This document shows, piece after piece, positions 36,688 to 48,691 of a DNA stretch of 64,000 nt. How positions within the stretch are numbered: the first letter of the stretch is position 1; each line of letters begins with the position of its first letter. The DNA comes from Chrysomallon squamiferum (Eukaryota; Animalia; Mollusca). The notes beneath the pieces are model-generated. The model saw nothing but the letters and a program-made list of their open reading frames with translations, was not told the DNA's origin and did no database searches. The DNA lies in contig CM022678.1 in the NCBI GenBank assembly GCA_012295275.1, positions 11,594,001 through 11,658,000 of the forward strand. Reading direction: 5' to 3'. Position numbers and translations under genes: made by a program.

Positions 36688-39600
36688 GTGAGTTCATTGT
36701 TTACATACCAGTCAAAGTGAGTAAGTTCATTGTTTAAATACCAGTCAAAGTGAGTTCATTGAGTTCAGTGAGTTCATTGTTTAAATCAAAGTGAGTTCCA
36801 TCAACTTCTTGAGTTCATTGTTCATTGTTTAAATACCAGTCAAAGTGAGTTCATTGTTTAAATACCAGTCAAAGTGAGTTCATTGTTTAAATACCAGTCA
36901 AAGTGAGTTCATTGTTTAAATACCAGTCAAAGTGAGTTCATTGTTTAAATACCAGTCAAAGTGAGTTCATTGTTTAAATACCAGTCAAAGTGAGTTCATT
37001 GTTTAAATACCAGTCAAAGTGAGTTCATTGTTTAAAATACCAGTGAGTTCATTGTTTAAATACCAGTCAGTGAGTTCATTGTTTAAATACCAGTCAAAGT
37101 GAGTTCATTGTTTAAATACCAGTCAAAGTGAGTTCATTGTTTAAATACCAGTCAAAGTGAGTTCATTGTTTAAATACCAGTCAAAGTGAGTTCATTGTTT
37201 AAATACCAGTCAAAGTGAGTTCATTGTTTAAATACCAGTCAAAGTGAGTTCATTGTTTACACACCAGTCAGTGAGTTCATTGTTTAAATACCAGTCAAAG
37301 TGAGTTCATACCAGTCAAAGTGAGTTCAAATACCAGTCAAAGTGAGTTCATTGTTTAAATACCAGTCAAAGTGAGTTCATTGTTTAAATACCAGTCAAAG
37401 TGAGTTCATTGTTTAAATACCAGTCAAAGTGAGTTCACCAGTCAAAGTGAGTTCAATACCAGTCAAAAATTGTTTAAATACCAGAGTTCATTGTTTAAAT
37501 ACCAGTCAAAGTGAGTTCATTGTTTAAATACCAGTCAAAGTGAGTTCATTGTTTAAATACCAGTCAAAGTGAGTTCATTGTTTAAATACCAGTCAAAGTG
37601 AGTTCATTGTTTAAATACCAGTCAAAGTGAGTTCATTGTTTAAAGTAGTTCATTGTTTTAAATACCAGTCAAAGTGAGTTCATTGTTTAAATACCAGTCA
37701 AAGTGAGTTCATTGTTTAAATACCAGTCAAAGTGAGTTCATTGTTTAAATACCAGTCAAAGTGAGTTCATTGTTTAAATACCAGTCAAAGTGAGTTCATT
37801 GTTTAAATACCAGTCAAAGTGAGTTCATTGTTTAAATACCAGTCAAAGTGAGTTCATTGTTTAAATACCAGTCAAAGTGAGTTCATTGTTTAAATACCAG
37901 TCAAAGTGAGTTCATTGTTTAAATACCAGTCAAAGTGAGTTCATTGTTTAAATACCAGTCAAAGTGAGTTCATTGTTTAAATACCAGTCAAAGTGAGTTC
38001 ATTGTTTAAATACCAGTCAAAGTGAGTTCATTGTTTAAATACCAGTCAGTGAGTTCATTGTTTAAATACCAGTCAAAGTGAGTTCATTGTTTAAATACCA
38101 GTCAAAGTGAGTTCATTGTTTAAATACCAGTCAAAGTGAGTTCATTGTTTAAATACCAGTCAAAGTGAGTTCATTGTTTAAATACCAGTCAAAGTGAGTT
38201 CATTGTTTAAATACCAGTCAAAGTGAGTTCATTGTTTAAATACCAGTCAAAGTGAGTTCATTGTTTAAATACCAGTCAAAGTGAGTTCATTGTTTAAATA
38301 CCAGTCAAAGTGAGTTCATTGTTTAAATACTAAACAGTTGAGTTCATTGTTTAAATACCAGTCAAAGTGAGTTCATTGTTTAAATACCAGTCAAAGTGAG
38401 TTCATTGTTTAAATACCAGTCAAAGTGAGTTCATTGTTTAAATACCAGTCAAAGTGAGTTCATTGTTTAAATACCAGTCAAAGTGAGTTCATTGTTTAAA
38501 TACCAGTCAAAGTGAGTTCATTGTTTAAATACCAGTCAAAGTGAGTTCATTGTTTAAATACCAGTCAAAGTGAGTTCATTGTTTAAATACCAGTCAAAGT
38601 GAGTTCATTGTTTAAATACCAGTCAAAGTGAGTTCATTGTTTAAATACCAGTCAAAGTGAGTTCATTGTTTAAATACCAGTCAGTGAGTTCATTGTTTAA
38701 ATACCAGTCAAAGTGAGTTCATTGTTTAAATACCAGTCAAAGTGAGTTCATTGTTTAAATACCAGTCAAAGTGAGTTCATTGTTTAAATACTAGACTTAA
38801 ACTTGTGTTCAACATACCAGTCAAAGTGAGTTCATTGTTTAAATACCAGTCAAAGTGAGTTCATTGTTTAAATACCAGTCAAAGTGAGTTCATTGTTTAA
38901 ATACCAGTCAAAGTGAGTTCATTGTTTAAATACCAGTCAAAGTGAGTTCATTGTTTAAATACCAGTCAAAGTGAGTTCATTGTTTAAATACCAGTCAAAG
39001 TGAGTTCATTGTTTAAATACCAGTCAAAGTGAGTTCATTGTTTAAATACCAGTCAAAGTGAGTTCATTGTTCAAAGTGAGTTCATTGTTTAAATACCAGT
39101 CAAAGTGAGTTCATTGTTTTTAAGTTACCAGTCAAAGTCAAAGTGAGTTCATTGTTTAAATACCAGTCAAAGTGAGTTCATTGTTTAAATACCAGTCAAA
39201 GTGAGTTCATTGTTTAAATACCAGTCAAAGTGAGTTCATTGTTTAAATACCAGTCAAAGTGAGTTCATTGTTTAAATACCAGTCAAAGTGAGTTCATTGT
39301 TTAAATACCAGTCAAAGTGAGTTCATTGTTTAAATACCAGTCAAAGTGAGTTCATTGTTTAAATACCAGTCAAAGTGAGTTCATTGTACCAGTAAGTTCA
39401 TTGTTTAAACACCAGTCAAAGTGAGTTCATTGTTTAAATACCAGTCAAAGTGAGTTCATTGTTTAAATACTAGTCAAAGTGAGTTCATTGTTTAAATACC
39501 AGTCAAAGTGAGTTCATTGTTTAAATACCAGTCAAAGTGAGTTCATTGTTTAAATACCAGTCAAAGTGAGTTCATTGTTTAAATACCAGTCAAAGTGAGT

Positions 39601-40606
39601 TCATTGTTTAAATACCAGTCAAAGTGAGTTCATTGTTTAAATACCAGTCAAAGTGAGTTCATTGTTTAAATACCAGTCAAAGTGAGTTCATTGTTTAAAT
39701 ACCAGTCAAAGTGAGTTCATTGTTTTACCAACTAGTGAGTTCATTGTTTAAAAAGTCAAAGTGAGTTCATTGTTTAAATACCAGTCAAAGTGAGTTCATT
39801 GTTTAAATACCAGTTGAGTTCATTGTTTAAATACCAGTCAAAGTGAGTTCATTGTTTAAATACCAGTCAAAGTGAGTTCATTGTTTGTTAAATACCAGTC
39901 AAAGTGAGTTCATTGTTTAAATACCAGTCAAAGTGAGTTCATTGTTTAAATACCAGTCAAAGTGAGTTCATTGTTTAAATACCAGTCAAAGTGAGTTCAT
40001 TGTTTAAATACCAGTCAAAGTGAGTTCATTGTTTAAATACCAGTCAAAGTGAGTTCATTGTTTGAGTTCATTGTTTAAATACCAGTCAAAGTGAGTTCAT
40101 TGTTTAAATACCAGTCAAAGTGAGTTCATTGTTTTTAAGTTCATTGTTTAAATACCAGTCAAAGTGAGTTCATTGTTCAAAGTGAGTTCATTGTTTAAAT
40201 ACCAGTCAAAGTGAGAGTTCAGTTCATATTTGTTTAAATACCAGTCAAAGTGAGTTCATTGTTTAAATACCAGTCAAAGTGAGTTCATTGTTTAAATACC
40301 AGTCAAAGTGAGTTCATTGTTTAAATACCAGTCAAAGTGAGTTCATTGTTTAACCAGTCAAAGTGAGTTCATTGTTTAAATACCAGTCAAAGTGAGTTCA
40401 TTGTTTAAATACCAGTCAAAGTGAGTTCATTGTTTAAATACCAGTCAAAGTGAGTTCATTGTTTTACCAGTCAAAGTGAGTTCATTGTTTAAATACCAGT
40501 CAAAGTGAGTTCATTGTTTAAATACCAGTCAAAGTGAGTTCATTGTTTAAATACCAGTCAAAGTGAGTTCATTGTTTACATACCAGTCAAAGTGAGTTCA
40601 TTGTTT
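36679..40606 (+). repeat. 29-bp satellite CCAGTCAAA|GTGAGTTCATTGTTTAAATA, about 135 copies, an amplified exon end plus 5' splice site
   Basis: Visible directly; copy number estimated as about 3930/29. Confidence 0.97.
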
Positions 40607-40688
40607 ATACTTTGTTTGTGTGACGATGTTGACAAATTTTTTGTTTTTAATGTGTACCTGCCTTATTCTATTTTTAAACTCTATTTTT

Positions 40689-40752
<64 letters not shown>

Positions 40753-40880
40753 ACTATCCTCTCATTCTGTCTCTGTCTGTCTCTCTCTGTCCCTTGATTT
40801 AAGATTAAATATATTATTATTTTCAGGTGACCTCCAGGTTAATTTAAGATTGAGTATATTAAATATATTATTATTTTCAG

Positions 40881-41090
40881 GTGACCTCCAGGTGGACTTT
40901 CCGATGTCCAGGCTGCCCTCAGACGCTGTCTAACGATGAAACGCATTTTCAAGAGCGACACAAGTGTATAAACTTCTTTGTGCGGGTGTACGGGTACATG
41001 CCTCTCCTGTACACGCAGTTCAGAGTCGACTCCGTGCTGTTCAAAACCAGACTGCCCCACGACAAGCAGAAGTGTTTTAAGTACATTTAA
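40881..41090 (+). CDS. EXTL3: EXTL3 last coding exon ([13 protein letters not shown]...[23 protein letters not shown])
   Basis: Near-invariant EXTL3 C-terminus; acceptor ttttcAG at 40879-40880, phase 0. Confidence 0.97.
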   Translation: MTSRWTFRCPGCPQTLSNDETHFQERHKCINFFVRVYGYMPLLYTQFRVDSVLFKTRLPHDKQKCFKYI

Positions 41091-41886
41091 TACACACACA
41101 CATATATATTGTTTATTTTTTTTATTTTTTAATATTAAGAAAAATACTAAAAAAGTGATGCCAACAAATCAAATAGCTATGAGAGAAAAATGAGAAATGT
41201 TTTAAATTTATTTAATTTTAAATCATTTGTATAATTTTTTTTTCTTTTCATTTTTACCTGTTTAAGAGAAAAAAAAAAGACTTGTGAATCTGTTTACTGA
41301 AAAATAATAATGGAAAATTATTTTGTGAAAAATTTCCATTTTTTTTTTTTCCTTTAGCAATGATATGTTTACATGTTGATATTATATCATTTACTTAATT
41401 TTTATCTGGTAAAGTAAAAAAAAAATTATGATGTCAAATCTGCAGAATTACTTTACAACATCATAACCATAAATACATACATTTATTTATTTATTTTATT
41501 TAAATTATTATTGTTGAAAGGATTTATATGTGAACTAAGAAAATAGAAAAAGAATTTGTTTTACATGGTATCAAATCAAACTGGTTTTGTATAAAACATG
41601 GAATGTGAAAAACATCCAAATAATGATGTATATTATAATTTATTTTCAGATAATAGTAGTAATTACACAGTGTAAAGTCAAACTGGTTTTGTAGTGTACA
41701 TTGTTAATGTGTGATAAGAAAAACAGTTTAAAAAGAAACTTTTTTTGATTTATCATACAAAGTTGGTGCATTAACGAAAGAAACAACAAAAAAACAACAT
41801 TGTACTGTTTCAAGAGAAGTATATATTACTTAATTTATAATAGCAGATGAGTTTTATTTTTATTTTAGTTTGAAATACTAATGTTA

Positions 41887-41918
<32 letters not shown>

Positions 41919-42021
41919 TCGAAATATTTGCTTATTAATGATACAAAATATAAACAAAATATTATTTGAAATGGGAAATTATTCATCCTTTCAAATACAG
42001 TTTTTCTTCACAAATATTAAC

Positions 42022-42059
<38 letters not shown>

Positions 42060-42784
42060 AAAAATAGCTTTATACCAATTATTTTGGATAATTTAAGAAT
42101 TGTAGTTTTGATCTGTTTATAAGTTTTAGCATATGTCAAAAAACACCAAAAAACACAACAGAACGTTTAGAAAAATATTTGTATTTTAACATTTGTATTA
42201 TAACATTTATTATGGAGAAAGAATTAGCTTGTATGAAAACCCCCCAGATTTTTAAAGAAACTTTTTTTTATACATGATTTTATTATTAGATTTATTAAGG
42301 CTTTTGTCAGAAATTAATTTTTTACAAATAACCTTTTGAAAAGGTCATCTGATCATATTATTTATCAGGTTTAGAGAAACCCAAATAAAATATATCAAAA
42401 ATAGATCTTATAAAATTTTATTTATTTATTTAATTTTGATGCTGTCTTATTTTAGATACAGTGTACAAAACCAAAGATTTCAGTTGTAGTTAAGGTTGTA
42501 TGAATAACAAATTTTATAAAATTAGTTAACTCACAAAGATGTTACAGGATGTAGGTTGCTAAAGAATTGATTACTATTAATGTTCATGAAAAATATTTTG
42601 TACAAAAAGAAAAAGAATTAATTAGAATTACATGCAATTTATTTCAAGTTTTCAGTAACACGTGGTGTCAGGGAGTTGTTTCCCTTGGATAACATTCTGA
42701 TGTGGGCTTTTTTAATCTTACTAAGAGATTTTTGTTTATGTTCTTTTTAAAAATAATTAAAGTAAATAAAATGTAATTGTTCTT

Positions 42785-42813
42785 GTGTGTGTGTGTGTGT
42801 GTGTGTGTGCCTG

Positions 42814-42849
<36 letters not shown>

Positions 42850-42897
42850 CCTGTGTGTGTGTGTGTGTGTGTCTGTGTGTGTGTGTGTGTGTGTGTG
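42785..42897. repeat. (TG)n microsatellite
   Basis: Visible directly in the sequence. Confidence 0.95.
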
Positions 42898-43601
42898 AGT
42901 TTATGTTTATGATAGGTGTGTGAAATTATTGATGTCTATGACAAATTAAACCTTTTCTGATATTTATACAATTTTTATTTTTATTTATTTATTTTTTAAA
43001 CTGGTTACTGTATTTTTTTTTTTGAATGTTTACAAATCTGAAATAATTAAAATGATTGTGATAAAAAAATAAATTATGATCAAAATGAATTTTATGTAGA
43101 ACATTTTATATAAATAGATAAAATAATGATTATAATTTTTTTATTACTATAATTTATTACTTAATTTATTTTTTGATTATGATTTTAATAATCAACTTTA
43201 TGATTTGTATCTATAATTTTTGGTTTTGTAGTGATTGTAATATCTTATTATCATTTAAAAAAATATATATTGATGTTGATTTTGATAATAGAATTGTTTC
43301 CTAATTAGCATTTGTGGACAAAGTTAAATTAGATGAAACAAATTATTTTTTAATTAATCATGTGACTTTATGAATTGTTTAGTTTCTCAATACCATGTAG
43401 TAAATTTTAGTTTATATTTAATTTAATTTTTATTAAATTGACTTTTAAATATTACAATAATTATTATCAATAGTATTCATTGATTTATTTTATTTTTCAC
43501 TTTTTTCTGTTTTTGTTGATTTATTTTGTGATCTTTTTATTTTATTGTTTCTTTATTATCATTATTATTATCATTATTATTTTCTGCTGCTATTATTATT
43601 A

Positions 43602-43650
<49 letters not shown>

Positions 43651-45422
43651 TATAACTGTTATATTCATTACTGTTTATTCTTCTTCTTCTTATTATTATT
43701 ATTATATTTTTTCTGAGAAATATACTAGCATTTACCTTGAGCATTATTCCTACATCAGACGTACTCTGAATTCTAGCTGATATTAATATTATAATTAATG
43801 ATATTACTTACCTAATTCTTACATAGCATTCATCCCTTCCCCATCTACTTACTTATACAGAGAGCAAAAACAAATAAACAACAAAAACAAAAAATTTAAA
43901 ATTAAATATCAAAAATGAAAGCATTATATATACATATATATAAAATGAAAAATACTAAAATAAATAATATAGAATCAGTATTAATTAACAGTTTCTAATA
44001 GAAGAATAGATATATATTTTTATATTAATTGTCTGATTTTGTTGATTGTAACTCTCTGAATTATTATTTGTTTTTAAATTTGTATTAGTTTATTTATTAT
44101 TTTTGTTTTTATTTTTGTTATTATTTATTTATTTATTTTTTTTTTATTTATTTATTTATTTATTTTACTTTAATAATTTTTATTATTATTTTTTTAAATT
44201 TTATTGTTTTGTTATTTTTAATTTTTTGTTCTAGTCAAAAGCATTATCTCCTTCAGAAATATAAATGTCTCCTTTACTCAAAAACTGGATCTGCTTTGAA
44301 ATATAATAATTTAACATTCTTTGTAATAACTGAAATTTTATTGGAATTTTTTTTGTTCTTACAATTTTATTTTGATTTATATATATATTTTTTGTTGTAT
44401 ATTTATTTCATAATTGGTATTTGAAGTATATTATTTAGATAATATCACTAAAAATAACTGTCAATCATTTTTCAGAATAAAGACATAAATAAATAAATTG
44501 TAATGTTCATAAAAGTGATAAATGTATTTACCAGCTCAAAGAAAATCTTACAAAAAAAAAAGATCAAAACAACCCACCATCCTTACAGTGGAATTCAAAT
44601 TAACCAAAAACAGCACAGCTTTATACCTCTTACCTAAAACTTAAAAACAGGATTTTTTAAATTATTGAAATTTTGTTGTATTCACTCACATACACATGAA
44701 TGTATGAACCTAACCCAGTAACACAACAAACCAAAACATACCGCTCTAGTTCATTTGTACTTAAACATTATCAACATTTTTTATTTTATTATTTACTATT
44801 TTATGAACTGGTGCTAAGTCTGTGTAGATGTACGTGTTAATTTAGTGTTCTTTTGTAAAATAGTTCTATTTTTCTGTCGTGTTGATGTTTTCTGTGTGAC
44901 TAAGTGTTTTATTAAAATAAATATATTTGTAATTAATACTTGCCTTTTGTTATATATATATTTTTTTTTTTTTCACAAGTTATTTTTACTATTAGTACCA
45001 TATCCATGACAAACACAGAAAAACATCTAAAAACAATAAACAACTGTGAAAAATTTGTAATCAATTATTTTCGGAATGTTTATGATTTGTGTCAGGATAA
45101 AATGTAAATTAACTTTTATTTCAAAAAATTATTTTGGAACATTTTATGATTGGTGTTACCTTTTATATCAAACAATTAATTGGTGAATGTTTATTATAAA
45201 AAAAATAAACTTTAAAACTTTAAAATTAAAAAAAAAAATTATTTCAAAACCTGAACTGTGGAAAGATTATATTGTTATAAGCTACGTTGTTATGTTTAAT
45301 GTTAGGGTTAAAATTTAAAATTATTTTTATTTAAAAACATTTAAAATAGCTTTTATTTGAAGAAATAAACTGTGGAGAAATTTGTGATGAGTGTTAAGAT
45401 AATGTTCAAAATAAAATAAGTT

Positions 45423-45937
45423 CGGTTCTATTCAAAGGAGTGACATTACAACGTGAAACCTGAGACAAGTTTCAAACAGAGACAATCGTCCAGTAGTTTA
45501 ACACAACAAATCGAGAGGGAGGAGAGGCTTGCAGCTGTTATCAGCAGACTTGGAGTCGTCCCTTAGACGAAAACCTTCGTGGAATTGCGCACAGTTTGCA
45601 TTTCAGTTGAACAAATGTAAAACACTGTGAGATGGAAGATAACTGCAGTGATGAAGAACAAGACATGTTAACAAGTTTAAAATAGATTAACAATTCAGTT
45701 GTTCTAAGTTTTTTAAATATAATCTTGATAATTTTTAAAACTTTTTATTATTATTATTCTTTTTTTTTAAAATAAAATTTTAATTATGCTTTGTCACTCT
45801 TTTAATACGGTATTTATGTCACTCCTTTGTTATGTCACTCCTTTGTTATGTCACTCCTTTGTTATGTCACTCCTTTGTCATGTCACTCCTTTGTCATGTC
45901 ACTCCTTTGTCATGTCACTCCTTCGATACAAGCCCCG
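45423..45937. mobile_element. Putative MITE with about 23-bp terminal inverted repeats; right subterminal motif amplified as a 16-bp tandem array
   Basis: Left GGTTCTATTCAAAGGAGTGACAT versus reverse-complemented right GGCTTGTATCGAAGGAGTGACAT. (ATGTCACTCCTTTGTY)n runs about 7 times at 45816-45923. Confidence 0.6.
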
Positions 45938-45953
45938 TTAATTTTGACACACC

Positions 45954-46259
45954 CTGGGGCGGATCCAGCTTTCTGACGGGGCGGGGGAGTCCATGACAGA
46001 AAGGACACATAACATTATGTAAAGACTATTAAAACTTTGCACACGGTTCACATGGACTATAATATAACAGTGCTACAACAGGACGCTGACAGACGTGTTA
46101 TGCACAGTTCTGTACACTGACAGAAAATGTAAAAAAATACTAAATATATTTGTGAAAAAACCCAACAACTAAACATCCTAAATAAAAGGGTCACTTCTCA
46201 AATTTGAGGGGGGGGGGGATCAGGACATCTTGGTCCACCCCTCTAGATCTCCACCCCAG
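45954..46259. mobile_element. Putative non-autonomous DNA transposon with GGGGCGGATCCAG-type termini
   Basis: Left CTGGGGCGGATCCAG versus reverse-complemented right CTGGGGTGGAGATCTAG, with G-rich subtermini. No TSD recognisable. Confidence 0.6.
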
Positions 46260-47225
46260 ATACTGTTTTAACTAACGTTACGGCTGCGGTTAGGGTCACG
46301 TTAGGGTCAGGGTCAGGGTCAGGGCCAAGGTTATTTTTAGCGTTAACGTGTTAGGTTTAATGTTTGTGTTAGGGCTACGGTTAGATTTAGTGACAGATTT
46401 TAGTGTCTGTTCACCTGAAGAGAGTTTTCGTATAAAACTTGAAAACTGTTAGCCTAAGGAAGTATTATGATAAAATTGAAAATAACTTTTATCTGAAAAA
46501 AAAACAACAACAACAAAAACACACACACTCTCCCAAAAAAAGAGAGAAAAAAGCTTCTCTTTCAAAAAATAAACTTGGGAATACATGTGACGAGTGATTT
46601 CAAAGAAAACACTAAATAACTTCTGAATGTTTATGAGGGAATTTAGAATAAAATTTTGAATAACGTTTATCTTGGAGATGTTTGAGGTGAGTGATAAGGT
46701 ACATTTGAAATAAGTTTTGTTTGAAAAATATGAACTGGGAATGTTCCTTGCGGACGTTGGTATAAAATTTAAAATAAATTTTATTCGAAAAAAAAAAAAA
46801 AAAATCACTTTTGGTAGTGTTTATATTGGATGTTAAGATAAAATTCAAAAATATTTTATTTGACAAAATTAATTTGAGGATTTTTATGATAAGTGTTAGG
46901 ATAAAAGATAAAATTACTTTTGTTTCAAAAAATTATATTGGAAACATTTATGATAATTTTTGACATTTATGTTTTTCTCTTTTTTTCTTTCTTTCTCTTT
47001 GTTTCTGTTTTCTTATCTTTCATTTTTCTGTTTGGTGTAATTTCAGATTTTGGAACAGAAGAGTTCTAAAATGAACCCTGAAAATCTGTATTCTTATTTT
47101 CACCGAATACTAGTTGTATTAGCATTAAAGTCTACAGAATAAAAAAATAAATAAACAAACAAATAAAAATAAATAAAAAAATAAAAATATATAAATAAAA
47201 ATTTGAAAAATAACTAAAATAGTGA

Positions 47226-47269
<44 letters not shown>

Positions 47270-47363
47270 TAAACAATGTTTTAAAATTTATTTCCAGGAT
47301 AATTTATCGCAGGACACATTTCCGCATCACACCGTTACAGATCTCAGTTAACGAATGACTGGG

Positions 47364-47406
<43 letters not shown>

Positions 47407-47881
47407 AGTTAATTTATTGGTTCCAGTTTTTAACTTAATTGCTTCCACATTTCGTTTTTAGAATCAATTACGTAAATACGCCAAAAGTGAAAATATTACA
47501 GTAATTATGTTATTAAAGTTACAGATTCTCACCGCCCTGGTGGATGCACGTGGTGTCAAAGGTCACTGTAAACTTATTTTGTAAAATTAGTCTTCTTCAG
47601 GAATCCTCTTTACGTGTTTTTCTTTTCGAATTCAGTTAGTGTTATATCTGAGTGTTTACAGGGACGTGGAATAATGTCGTTAAGTGCAATTAATTTGTTT
47701 CACTAGGCGTTGTTTAATAGGTGTGAAGAGCGGAAATATATATATATATATTTTTAAATTATTTTATTAGCTAAACATTTTTGTTGCCAGTACTTTTCAA
47801 CGTCTACAGTGACTGAGTTTAATCTAAACCTGCAGTTTCGTTGAAACATATGTCTACTGTGTGTTTGTTTGTGTGAGTATA

Positions 47882-48017
<136 letters not shown>

Positions 48018-48627
48018 AACCCGTTCTCTGGTAAAGCCTACACAAATATTCTAACTTAGTCGATGTCTTTTTTTTTTCTGACCTCATCATCATCATCATC
48101 ATCATCATCGTCGTCGTATTCTGTCAATGTTTTTGATGTTGTCTAAAATAAGATATTTCCGTTAAGCATTCATTAACTTAGATTTCCACTCCCATCTCGA
48201 ATATTTACGTCATTAACATTTCTTATGAACTTTGTGAACTGGTGAAACGAACGAACATCTTGTGCTTATCATTGTTATTTCTGACACAGCTCTCTTCCGT
48301 GGTGTCACGGTTCACTAATTTTGTCACGGGATATTTTCTTTTGTCTTCCTTCAAATGTACTCATGAACGCACGCACATTATTAATACCGTACGAAGTCTG
48401 CCGTTCATGATCTAAAATTATATTTATTTAAGTTACATCTGATTTTTAGTAATTTTCGTTATTTTGGAAACGGCGGTGAGAAAGTCCTCTGGAGTGGTGT
48501 CCCTTCACTTATTCAGTTTATTTACTTGTTTTGTTATTACAAGCTTCTGATAATGAAAAATAATCAAATACCACTCGATTACTGAAAAATAACTTTAATC
48601 AATTCGCCTATAGTTTGACATTTCATA

Positions 48628-48691
<64 letters not shown>

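Noticed and set aside
36679-40606. 29-bp repeat array as a CRISPR locus
   Set aside because: Head-to-tail repeats with no unique spacers and no cas genes, in a eukaryotic intron; the unit derives from a splice donor.
28832-41090. EXTL3 as a pseudogene
   Set aside because: The 2-kb exon and the other clean exons are intact and highly conserved. Damage is confined to repeat-flanked stretches that look mis-assembled.
46286-46392. True telomere or chromosome fusion site
   Set aside because: Short, degenerate and in a single orientation.
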